Of a stretch of DNA of 32,000 bases, positions 24,172-31,371 are shown piece by piece. Each line of letters opens with the position of its first letter. Position 1 is the first letter of the stretch. The stretch is from positions 1,367,599 through 1,399,598 of the forward strand of contig OY764081.1 of the NCBI GenBank assembly GCA_963667985.1, read 5' to 3'. A model generated the notes under the pieces. It was not told the DNA's origin and ran no database searches. It saw only the letters and a program-made list of their open reading frames with translations. Source of the DNA: an uncultured Methanocorpusculum sp. (lineage in GTDB: Archaea > Halobacteriota > Methanomicrobia > Methanomicrobiales > Methanocorpusculaceae). The translations under genes were made by a program, and so were the position numbers.

Positions 24172-24495
24172 ATGGCAACAGACAGAGAAAACGCCGTGTT
24201 CGAAGCGGCAATCAAACTCGGGGCGCTTTACCACCAGTTCGTGGGAACGCCCATCTCACGTTCGACCGCAGAGACCGTGGAAGCCGCAATCGAAAGTGCG
24301 GTCTCCCTCCAGCCGTATGTGACGAAGATCACGGTCCGTCTGGACAAGTCCTTAATGAATGAAAATCCGTTCGGCTACTCGGAACTTACCGGGGCGATGT
24401 ATGATGCCGTCATCGAAACGAAGTACGGCGACGCGGTCTGCCGTGCAAGCCTGAAGTTCGAGAACGGATACCCCATGATGAAGATCATCGAGTAA
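24172..24495 (+). CDS. mptD: archaeal dihydroneopterin aldolase-like protein (MptD/DUF372 family)
   Basis: 107 aa. FEAAIKLGALYHQFVGTPIS...AIESA.SLQPYV resembles my recollection of the MptD family pattern. This is recognition only. Confidence 0.5.
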   Translation: MATDRENAVFEAAIKLGALYHQFVGTPISRSTAETVEAAIESAVSLQPYVTKITVRLDKSLMNENPFGYSELTGAMYDAVIETKYGDAVCRASLKFENGYPMMKIIE

Positions 24496-25316
24496 TGATT
24501 CAGTTTCCGATCCTGGACGATCACTTCCACATCAACCGGAGAACAGGCGTCGGCCCGTCGGTCGTGAAGGAGTTCATGCGTTCCGGCGGGACGCACATCG
24601 TGCTCGTCTCGCTTCCCTCCTGGTCGTGCGGCGTTACGCCAAACACGCCTGCTGACTACCGTCAGGTGTTCGATGAACTGCTGACGGTTTCAGAGATGGT
24701 GAACGAGCTTGGATGTGTCTGTTATCCGGTCGCGGGCGTCCACCCGGCCGAGATCTGGTGGCTCTCCGAAAGGCTCGGACTTTCGGCCGCCGAGGAGCTG
24801 ATGTGCGGGGCGCTGGAGGTCGCCACCGAGTATGTCCGCGAAGGAACATGTATCGGGCTGAAGTCCGGCCGGCCACATTACCCGGTGACGCCCGAGGTGT
24901 GGGATGCGTCAAACCGGGTTCTGGAAAGAGCCCTTACGCTGTCGGGCGAGCTCGGCTGTTCTCTGCAGATCCATGCCGAGTCGGGCCCGTGCGAGGACGT
25001 GCCGGATATGGCAAAATCATGCGGGATGGATCCGTCCCGGGTCGTGAAGCATTTTGCGACCTGTGAGACCCCTCTTCATCCTTCAATCACGGTCAGAGAG
25101 CCGTTTTTGAATCAGTGGTTTGCGGAAAAGCGGGAGTTCACGCTCGAGAGCGACTACATGGATGATCTCTCAAGGCCGGGTGCGGTGAACGGGCCGCGGT
25201 CGGTCCCCCGCAGGATGCAGAAACTTCTCCAGGAGGGCGCAGTGACTTTCGAGGATATGTGGCGTGTTCACGGTTTTGTCCCAAAAAAGATATACGGCGT
25301 CGATTTCGATATTTGA
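24495..25316 (+). CDS. TatD-related metal-dependent hydrolase (TIM-barrel)
   Basis: 273 aa. The N-terminal ILDDHFH metal-binding motif, an internal LQIHAE and overall size fit archaeal TatD-like hydrolases. The start overlaps the upstream stop (ATG at 24495). Confidence 0.7.
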   Translation: MIQFPILDDHFHINRRTGVGPSVVKEFMRSGGTHIVLVSLPSWSCGVTPNTPADYRQVFDELLTVSEMVNELGCVCYPVAGVHPAEIWWLSERLGLSAAEELMCGALEVATEYVREGTCIGLKSGRPHYPVTPEVWDASNRVLERALTLSGELGCSLQIHAESGPCEDVPDMAKSCGMDPSRVVKHFATCETPLHPSITVREPFLNQWFAEKREFTLESDYMDDLSRPGAVNGPRSVPRRMQKLLQEGAVTFEDMWRVHGFVPKKIYGVDFDI

Positions 25317-25705
25317 GTGTTTGAAAACAAACCACGATTATTTTTCTTGATTTTCGCGGTATGTCTCATATTGTTTGAGAATAATTTTCAATTTTGTCCC
25401 TAACAAATAGTATTATGTAGATGCGGGTCTATTAGTCAATTGGAGATAAAATGTTTGGCATGTGCTCTTGAGTTATGCCACAATGGTTTACGCCCGGAGA
25501 AATCCCGCGGCGATCAAAAAGCAATGATGCCCCTTCATTTGTTGTTTGATTGTGATAACCGCGCCTGAAAAGAAGGCGATAAATTCAAAACTTATAACGG
25601 ATGGATAGAAACATTTGCGGGTGGGCCAGCCCATTGGGGGAGGGTAACACCCAATCTCCACGTTACGTAGCTTTTTCTCTTTTCTGAATTCTGTTTATGT
25701 GTGTT

Positions 25706-25790
25706 GTTACAAATCGTAACGCTGTTTTTCAGGCATGTTACATTTTGTAACTCCTCGCGGAACGCCCAGTTACAAAATGTTACATATAAA
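25706..25790 (+). promoter_or_regulatory. three phased 15-bp GTTAC-type sites plus a TATA box upstream of the small RHH-like gene
   Basis: GTTACaaatcGTAAC at 25706-25720, GTTACattttGTAAC at 25737-25751, GTTACaaaatGTTAC at 25769-25783. Spacing is 31-32 bp. ATATAAA at 25784-25790 lies about 30 nt upstream of the ATG at 25818. Confidence 0.45.
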
Positions 25791-25817
25791 TCGTCGGGCT
25801 CCAAATATACATACAGC

Positions 25818-26018
25818 ATGGCAACGAAAGTCGTACGCGTGTCAGAGGACGCGATAGAGATCACCGGCAGATATGCCAAAGACATCAGCGAAGGGATCCG
25901 GATGATGCAGAAACTCATCGAGGAAAAAAGCAAGCCGCAGATCGATATGAAAGCTCTCGAGAAGATGATGCGAAACTGCATCGCAGAAGAGTTTGAAAAC
26001 CTCCAGAGGGTGTACTGA
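25818..26018 (+). CDS. small RHH-like (ribbon-helix-helix-type) protein, 66 aa
   Basis: Internal ATG of track ORF 25701..26018. MATKVVRVSEDAIEITGRYAKDISEGIRMMQKLIEE has a strand-helix-helix pattern. Its TGA abuts the next gene's ATG (TGAATG). Confidence 0.5.
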   Translation: MATKVVRVSEDAIEITGRYAKDISEGIRMMQKLIEEKSKPQIDMKALEKMMRNCIAEEFENLQRVY

Positions 26019-26978
26019 ATGCAGCTTACCGGCTGGATGGAAGAGAACGGCCGGCTGCTCGACCGTGTCGAGATCGAAACCTTTTCCGTATCCAGACTCT
26101 CGGCATGCGGCGGCGAGTTTCTTCTGGAGACAGACGAATGCTTCATCCGGGACAAATACCACATCATGCCCGGGAACCCACAAGGAAAGCCGATCATCAC
26201 CGCCGACCCTAATGTTCCCGATCTGCCCCTCGATGAAGCGATCCAAACTGCCGTTTTGCTCCGGGCATCCGAGGACGCCGTGACCACCCTTTCGGGCGGC
26301 GTGGACTCATCCCTCGTCGCGGCCCTTGCCGGTCTCCCTTGTATCGCCGTAGGACTTTCGGGTTCGCATGATCTTGCCGCGGCACAAGAGACCGCGAAGA
26401 TCCTCGACCTCCCCCTTACCGTAAAAGAGATCGGGATCGCCGACATCCGGGTGGCGCTCGACGAGGTTCTTGAGATCATTCCGCGGGTCACTCCCCTCGA
26501 CGTCGAGATCGCGATCACCGGCTACTTCATCGCGGCTCTCGCAAAAGAGACCGGGGCGGAAAGGATCCTCACCGGCCAGGCAGCCGATGAACTGTTCGGG
26601 GGATACGCACGATACGGCCGATCGGCCGATCTCCGGTCCGACCTTGCGGCCGACTTTGCCGGTCTTTTCTTCCAACGAGAGAGGGATGCGGCGGCCGCCT
26701 CGCATTTCGGCGTCTGGTACTCCCTGCCCTTCATGGACGAGCGGGTCGTTCGTGCATCCCGGACATTCAGCCCGGATGAACTGGTGAAAGGCGACCTTCG
26801 AAAGATCGCCCTTCGAAGTGTTGCCGCCCGCCATCTCCCGGAAGAGATCGCCTGGAGACCAAAAAAAGCCATGCAGTATGGAAGCGGCATATCCTCGGCG
26901 TTAGCAAAGATCGCCAAGTCGGAAGGCTGCAAAGGATGCCGGGAACTGATTCAAAAACTCTGCCCGGATAAGGTATAA
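26019..26978 (+). CDS. asparagine-synthase-like PP-loop ATP pyrophosphatase with no recognisable N-terminal glutaminase nucleophile
   Basis: 319 aa. Contains LSGGVDSS (PP-loop), TGQAADELFGGY and KKAMQYGSG. The N-terminal 85 aa start MQLTGW rather than the MCG of class-II glutamine amidotransferases. Confidence 0.8.
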   Translation: MQLTGWMEENGRLLDRVEIETFSVSRLSACGGEFLLETDECFIRDKYHIMPGNPQGKPIITADPNVPDLPLDEAIQTAVLLRASEDAVTTLSGGVDSSLVAALAGLPCIAVGLSGSHDLAAAQETAKILDLPLTVKEIGIADIRVALDEVLEIIPRVTPLDVEIAITGYFIAALAKETGAERILTGQAADELFGGYARYGRSADLRSDLAADFAGLFFQRERDAAAASHFGVWYSLPFMDERVVRASRTFSPDELVKGDLRKIALRSVAARHLPEEIAWRPKKAMQYGSGISSALAKIAKSEGCKGCRELIQKLCPDKV

Positions 26979-27005
26979 GTTGACCTGGTCCAATATCAAT
27001 AAGAA

Positions 27006-27293
27006 ATGACCGATATATCCGGAATTGAACTGACCAGCCTTGCAGGCATAATCGGCTTCATCCTTCTCTGTCTCATCCTCGTCATTGTTTTTTCAAAACT
27101 CGAGCGCAAAGTCTCGAAAAAGCCTGCTTCAAAAGAGCAGCCCTCCCATGAGGTGCCCCGAAAGGAAACCGAATCCGCTCCCGCCGGCGAGGTCCAGCCC
27201 GCATTCACCGTCGGCCTGGTGTATCAGATGGAGGACGGGACGCTTGCAACCTATGCCGCCGACGGGACGTTTTGTAAAATAAAAGAGAAGTGA
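27006..27293 (+). CDS. small single-pass membrane protein, hypothetical
   Basis: 95 aa. One N-terminal TM helix (LAGIIGFILLCLILVIVF), a K/E/P-rich linker and a short C-terminal domain. Confidence 0.45.
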   Translation: MTDISGIELTSLAGIIGFILLCLILVIVFSKLERKVSKKPASKEQPSHEVPRKETESAPAGEVQPAFTVGLVYQMEDGTLATYAADGTFCKIKEK

Positions 27294-27313
27294 TCCGGGG
27301 CTTTGCTCCCCAC

Positions 27314-27754
27314 TCATCCTGCCGTTGTGGAATTATACAGATCGGCGACGACGCCGTCTTTAAACGTCCCCACCACCAGTACCGAGGTTATCGCACCTCC
27401 TATATTAGGAGGAATTTTATAGGTAATCCTGACTCCCGGCGTGTATGTCTCCGGAAGACTAACCGGTTCGGCCTTAATTCCATTGATATACACCTCCAGC
27501 AGTGCTAGACCCTCTATGTCCCTGCCGCTTACGAGCTCGAGTTCGATCTGCTGACCATCGGAGCTGGCCGTCATTCCAACGATTTTTATGATATATGCGC
27601 CGCCGCTGTAGGTATTCAGAATGAACATACTTACGATGGCGGTCAAAAGAATCGCTATGGCCAAACCTAGAACAAAACCTATCAGTGTTGGTGCGGGAAG
27701 TGTCTTTCCGGAGAAATAGTCCCAGAAAGCATCAAGGAATGTAGCCACTGTCAC
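27314..27754 (-). CDS. membrane-anchored protein resembling archaeal type-IV-pilin-like (DUF1628-type) proteins
   Basis: 146 aa. The hydrophobic segment PTLIGFVLGLAIAILLTAIVSMFIL resembles a class-III signal core. The C-terminal I.ELELVSGRDIEGLALLEVYINGIK resembles the beta-domain of archaeal pilin-like proteins. Confidence 0.4.
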   Translation of the reverse strand: MTVATFLDAFWDYFSGKTLPAPTLIGFVLGLAIAILLTAIVSMFILNTYSGGAYIIKIVGMTASSDGQQIELELVSGRDIEGLALLEVYINGIKAEPVSLPETYTPGVRITYKIPPNIGGAITSVLVVGTFKDGVVADLYNSTTAG

Positions 27755-27871
27755 GGAATTGGAGTTAATTGACTATAAACATTATCTTACAGACACTTTC
27801 GATTCCGTGAAATATCAGGTCTGAATGAGTATTCCATCTCCCTTATCATGCAAAAAAACCAATAGAAACCT

Positions 27872-28798
27872 ATGAATTGTATCGTCACCGGAGGAGCGGG
27901 ATTCATCGGCTCGCATTTGGTGGATCTCCTTGTTGCAAACCATCATAAGGTCACCGTGATCGACTCGATGGTTGCCGGAAGAATGGCCAATATCGAAAAG
28001 AACCTTTCCTCGATCACATTCGTTCAGGCCGACCTGCTCGAAGACGGCTGGCAGAAGTATTTCGCCGGCGCCGACAGAGTCTATCATATCGCCGCCGATC
28101 CGGATGTCCGCGGATCCGCACGCAAATCCTATGAAATGTATGAAAACAACGTGACGGCCACGATCCGGGTTCTCGAAGCGATGAAAGAACACGGCGTAAA
28201 AGAGATCGTCTTCACCTCGACCTCTACCGTGTACGGCGAAGCTTCGGTGATTCCGACGCCCGAGACCTACTCTCCCATAATCCCGATCTCGGTGTACGGG
28301 GCAAGCAAACTTGCCTGCGAAGCGATGATCTCTTCCTACGCCGCGACCTACGGCTGGAAGGCCTGGGTCTACCGGTTCGCAAACATCATCGGAGCCCGCA
28401 GCACGCACGGGATCATCTACGACTTCGTCCAGAAACTCCGGGCAAACCCGCATGAACTGGAGATCCTCGGCGACGGGCGGCAGAGCAAATCCTATCTTGC
28501 CGTCGAAAACTGCGTGAATGCGATGATCTTCGCACCCGAGGTTTCGAACGACACCTTCAACTTCTTCAATATCGGATCGGAAGACTGGGTGAATGTAAAG
28601 AGGATCGCCGAACTGATCGTCGAGGAGATGGGGCTGGAAAATGTGAAGTTCAACTTTACCGGCGGCGACCGGGGATGGGTCGGCGACGTTCCGCTGATGA
28701 GACTCGGCGTCGACAAGCTCAAGTCCTACGGCTGGGAGCCGGGGATCACCTCCGAAGAGAGCGTCCGGCGTGCGATCCGGGCAACTCTTGCCGAGTGA
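27872..28798 (+). CDS. NAD-dependent nucleotide-sugar epimerase/dehydratase (UDP-glucose 4-epimerase-like)
   Basis: 308 aa. Contains VTGGAGFIGSHL (Rossmann fold), TSTSTVYG and the YGASKLACE catalytic Y-x3-K. Confidence 0.9.
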   Translation: MNCIVTGGAGFIGSHLVDLLVANHHKVTVIDSMVAGRMANIEKNLSSITFVQADLLEDGWQKYFAGADRVYHIAADPDVRGSARKSYEMYENNVTATIRVLEAMKEHGVKEIVFTSTSTVYGEASVIPTPETYSPIIPISVYGASKLACEAMISSYAATYGWKAWVYRFANIIGARSTHGIIYDFVQKLRANPHELEILGDGRQSKSYLAVENCVNAMIFAPEVSNDTFNFFNIGSEDWVNVKRIAELIVEEMGLENVKFNFTGGDRGWVGDVPLMRLGVDKLKSYGWEPGITSEESVRRAIRATLAE

Positions 28799-28820
28799 AG
28801 ATTTTTATTTAATCATCATT

Positions 28821-29010
28821 CATTTTTATTCGGGGTGCGGGGACGCGACTTCGGCGCGGAGCGTCCCGCGGTGGAGATATCCTAAGATTTTGTATTTGAG
28901 GTATGATTTTTTTCTCTTTCGCGGAAGTGTACTTCGATTTCATCTACGGTATTTTGTGGATACAAGAGGAAAAACCAACCGCGAATCGGCGCGAATCTCG
29001 CCCTTCGGGC
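28821..29010 (+). repeat. modular GC-rich hairpin repeat, short copy plus CGCGAATC pair; reverse complement of the 19.6-20.1 kb copies
   Basis: TCGGGGTGCGGGGA at 28830-28843, the stem GGGACGC-n14-GCGTCCC, GCGGAGCGTCCCGCGGTGG at 28856-28874, and CGCGAATC at 28980 and 28990. A partial extra copy TTTTTGGGGTGCGGAG lies at about 29152-29167. Confidence 0.75.
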
Positions 29011-29221
29011 TCTCAGAATCGGATTTTCTGATCCTCACTTGAACACGGCGTGCCTAATCGTCCCGCCGGTTCATCCCTCATCGGGAACGTTCGGGCAAAT
29101 CCTGTCGGCGCCCCTGCGCCTCCCGTAAAGATAAATAGATACTTATTGGTTATTTTTGGGGTGCGGAGTGTACGCTGAAATAAAAAAAAAGTATTTTGAC
29201 CAAAAAAGTCAGTGCCGGTTT

Positions 29222-30097
29222 TTACGCCGATTTCTTCTCTGCTCTCTTCTTCATATACTGCAGACCGGCAAGGATCGCGACGCCGACCAAAAAGAACAGG
29301 ATGCTGAACGTCTCAAGACTCATCGCGGGTCTTGGGACGTCAAGCGTGGTCGCACCCATCACGATCGCATACAGCGAACCGATCAGAAGCCCGATGCTGA
29401 GAAAGATCGTCTGCGACCGGTATTTTTTCAGACAGTGCCGCAGAAGCTTCGCGATAAATACGAGTCCCGTGATCATCCCGAGGCCGAAAACGATCAGCAT
29501 CGGCACATACTGGAACTGTAGATGGACGACCGCACTCACTGCCGAGATCAGCGGGACGTAAAGTCCCATGATCAGAAGCATCGTTGAGCCGGATATCCCC
29601 GGGAGAACCATCACCGAGATTGAAAGCACCGCGGCGATGAAAAGAAACAGGCCGAGTTCGAGCGAAAACTGGGTCAGATCCACCGAGCTTTCCCGGGTGA
29701 CCGGATTGAAGTACATCAGAAGAGGAACTGCCGCGACACCTATCGCCGCAAAAATACTGTGCAGATAGTGCCCTTTCAGGGTCTCTTTCTCCTCCATCAC
29801 CACGATTGGAACGGCGCAGACGGTCAGACCGATGAAAACCGAACTTATTTCATACACATACGTATCGAAAAGATTTGCGAGGATCACGGCGCAGATGAGA
29901 AATGCGGCGGCCCAGCCGATGACGAGTTTGAACAGGAACGGGAACGCGGCCTTTTTTTCCGCCATCGTCCCGGTCAGCAGATCGTCCACCGAGGAGATAA
30001 ATTTGTCGTAAAATCCAAGTAAAAATGCGATCGTCCCGCCGGAAACTCCCGGCACGCTGTCGGCGACCGCCATGTACGCCCCTCTGATGATATCCAT
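29222..30097 (-). CDS. DUF368-family membrane protein (polyprenyl-phosphate transporter-like)
   Basis: 291 aa, polytopic. Contains the hallmark ADSVPGVSGGTIAFLLG and a second PGISGSTMLLIMG repeat. Confidence 0.85.
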   Translation of the reverse strand: MDIIRGAYMAVADSVPGVSGGTIAFLLGFYDKFISSVDDLLTGTMAEKKAAFPFLFKLVIGWAAAFLICAVILANLFDTYVYEISSVFIGLTVCAVPIVVMEEKETLKGHYLHSIFAAIGVAAVPLLMYFNPVTRESSVDLTQFSLELGLFLFIAAVLSISVMVLPGISGSTMLLIMGLYVPLISAVSAVVHLQFQYVPMLIVFGLGMITGLVFIAKLLRHCLKKYRSQTIFLSIGLLIGSLYAIVMGATTLDVPRPAMSLETFSILFFLVGVAILAGLQYMKKRAEKKSA

Positions 30098-30203
30098 ATT
30101 CTCCTATTAATTAGGCCTTCCCTCCCTAATTAGCGTTCTTGCATTCCGTGTCGCAACCATGTTATTTATTCCGATAAGGACCAGATATATAAGAGAGATT
30201 CCC

Positions 30204-31367
30204 ATGAAATATATTCTTATTCTGGCTGACGGTGCAGCAGACGAGCCCCTTGCTGAGCTTGGCGGAAAGACCCCGCTTGAAGTGGCACATAAACCCAATA
30301 TGGACAGGATCGCCCGCGAAGGAAGATGCGGCATGCTCAAAACCGTGGACGACTCGCTGTCCCCCGGCTCGGACGTTGCCAATATGTCGATCCTCGGTTA
30401 CGATCCGATGAAATACTACACCGGCCGTGGAGCACTTGAGGCTCTCAGTATGGGCATCTCTTTCAACGAAGGCGACCGTGCCTACCGGTGCAATCTGGTC
30501 ACAGTCGAGAACGGGAAGATGAAGGATTTTGCCGCCGGCCATATCTCGAGTGAAGAGGGGGCAAAACTTTTCGAGACGCTCAAAGAGAAGATCCCGGAAG
30601 CCGGATGGTATTCGGGCGTTTCCTACAGAAATGTCATGATGCTTCCAAACGGCAAAGGATCCGAGACGACCGCTCCGCACGACATCGTCGGCGCGGTCAT
30701 CAATGATTACCTCCCGAAAGGAGAGGATGCCGAGCGTCTGATGAACTTCATTGTTCGGGCCTCCGATGTATTCGAGAACCACCCGGTAAATAAGCAGCGT
30801 ATCGCCGCAGGGAAAAACCCGGCGACGACGATCTGGCCGTGGAGCGGAGGATCGAAGCCTGCGATGCCGGCCTTCTCTGAAAAATATCATAAGAAGGGAG
30901 CGGTCATCTCTGCGGTCGATCTGCTGTTCGGTCTTGCAAAATGCGCCGGTATGGAAGTCGTCACGGTCCCCGGAGCAACCGGTTACCTCGATACGAACTT
31001 CCTTGGAAAAGCTCAGGCGGCAGTCGAGACCGCAAAAGGCGATGCGGACTTCGTGTACATGCATGTCGAGGCAACCGACGAGGCAGGACACCTGGGAAGT
31101 CTTGAAGAGAAGATCAAAGCGATCGAGAATCTGGACAAGGCGATTGGTTATATCCTCGACAACTTCGACGGCTGCATTATGCTGATGCCCGACCACCCAA
31201 CGCCGATCGCGAAAAAGACCCACACGAACGATCCGGTCCCGTTCGCGATCCGCGGTCTCGGCGAACCCGATGACGTTAAGGTCTACACCGAAAAAGAGGT
31301 GCAGGCGAAGGGTTCCTACGGACTTATCCATGCGGTCGATCTCCTGGATATGGTCTTTAAGGAGTAG
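30204..31367 (+). CDS. apgM: 2,3-bisphosphoglycerate-independent phosphoglycerate mutase, archaeal type
   Basis: MKYILILADGAADEPL..LGGKTPLE.A.KPNMD.IA..G..G...T...SL.PGSDVAN.SILGYDP is the ApgM signature. I prefer the ATG at 30204 over the track start at 30159. Confidence 0.9.
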   Translation: MKYILILADGAADEPLAELGGKTPLEVAHKPNMDRIAREGRCGMLKTVDDSLSPGSDVANMSILGYDPMKYYTGRGALEALSMGISFNEGDRAYRCNLVTVENGKMKDFAAGHISSEEGAKLFETLKEKIPEAGWYSGVSYRNVMMLPNGKGSETTAPHDIVGAVINDYLPKGEDAERLMNFIVRASDVFENHPVNKQRIAAGKNPATTIWPWSGGSKPAMPAFSEKYHKKGAVISAVDLLFGLAKCAGMEVVTVPGATGYLDTNFLGKAQAAVETAKGDADFVYMHVEATDEAGHLGSLEEKIKAIENLDKAIGYILDNFDGCIMLMPDHPTPIAKKTHTNDPVPFAIRGLGEPDDVKVYTEKEVQAKGSYGLIHAVDLLDMVFKE

Positions 31368-31371
31368 GCGG

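Noticed and set aside
25592-26518. 308-aa minus-strand ORF
   Set aside because: It is antisense to the asparagine-synthase-like gene (PP-loop SGGVDSS on the plus strand). Its translation is S/R-rich and runs through the promoter region.
27815-28453. 212-aa minus-strand ORF
   Set aside because: It is antisense to the epimerase gene, which has GGAGFIGSH and YxxxK on the plus strand.
20085-28798. The repeat-bracketed 8.7-kb block as an MCM-carrying integrated mobile element or provirus
   Set aside because: There is no integrase, transposase, capsid or plasmid-replication gene and no tRNA target. The gene content is housekeeping, with host-like composition. The flanking repeats are diverged and look like 3'-end elements. 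It is kept only as a repeat/inversion hypothesis in the findings.
28811-28820. AUGAUGA (C-box-like) on the minus strand and UGAUGA at 13096-13103 as possible C/D-box sRNAs
   Set aside because: No CUGA D box lies at the appropriate 40-70-nt distance, and no terminal stem is present. The matches are expected by chance.
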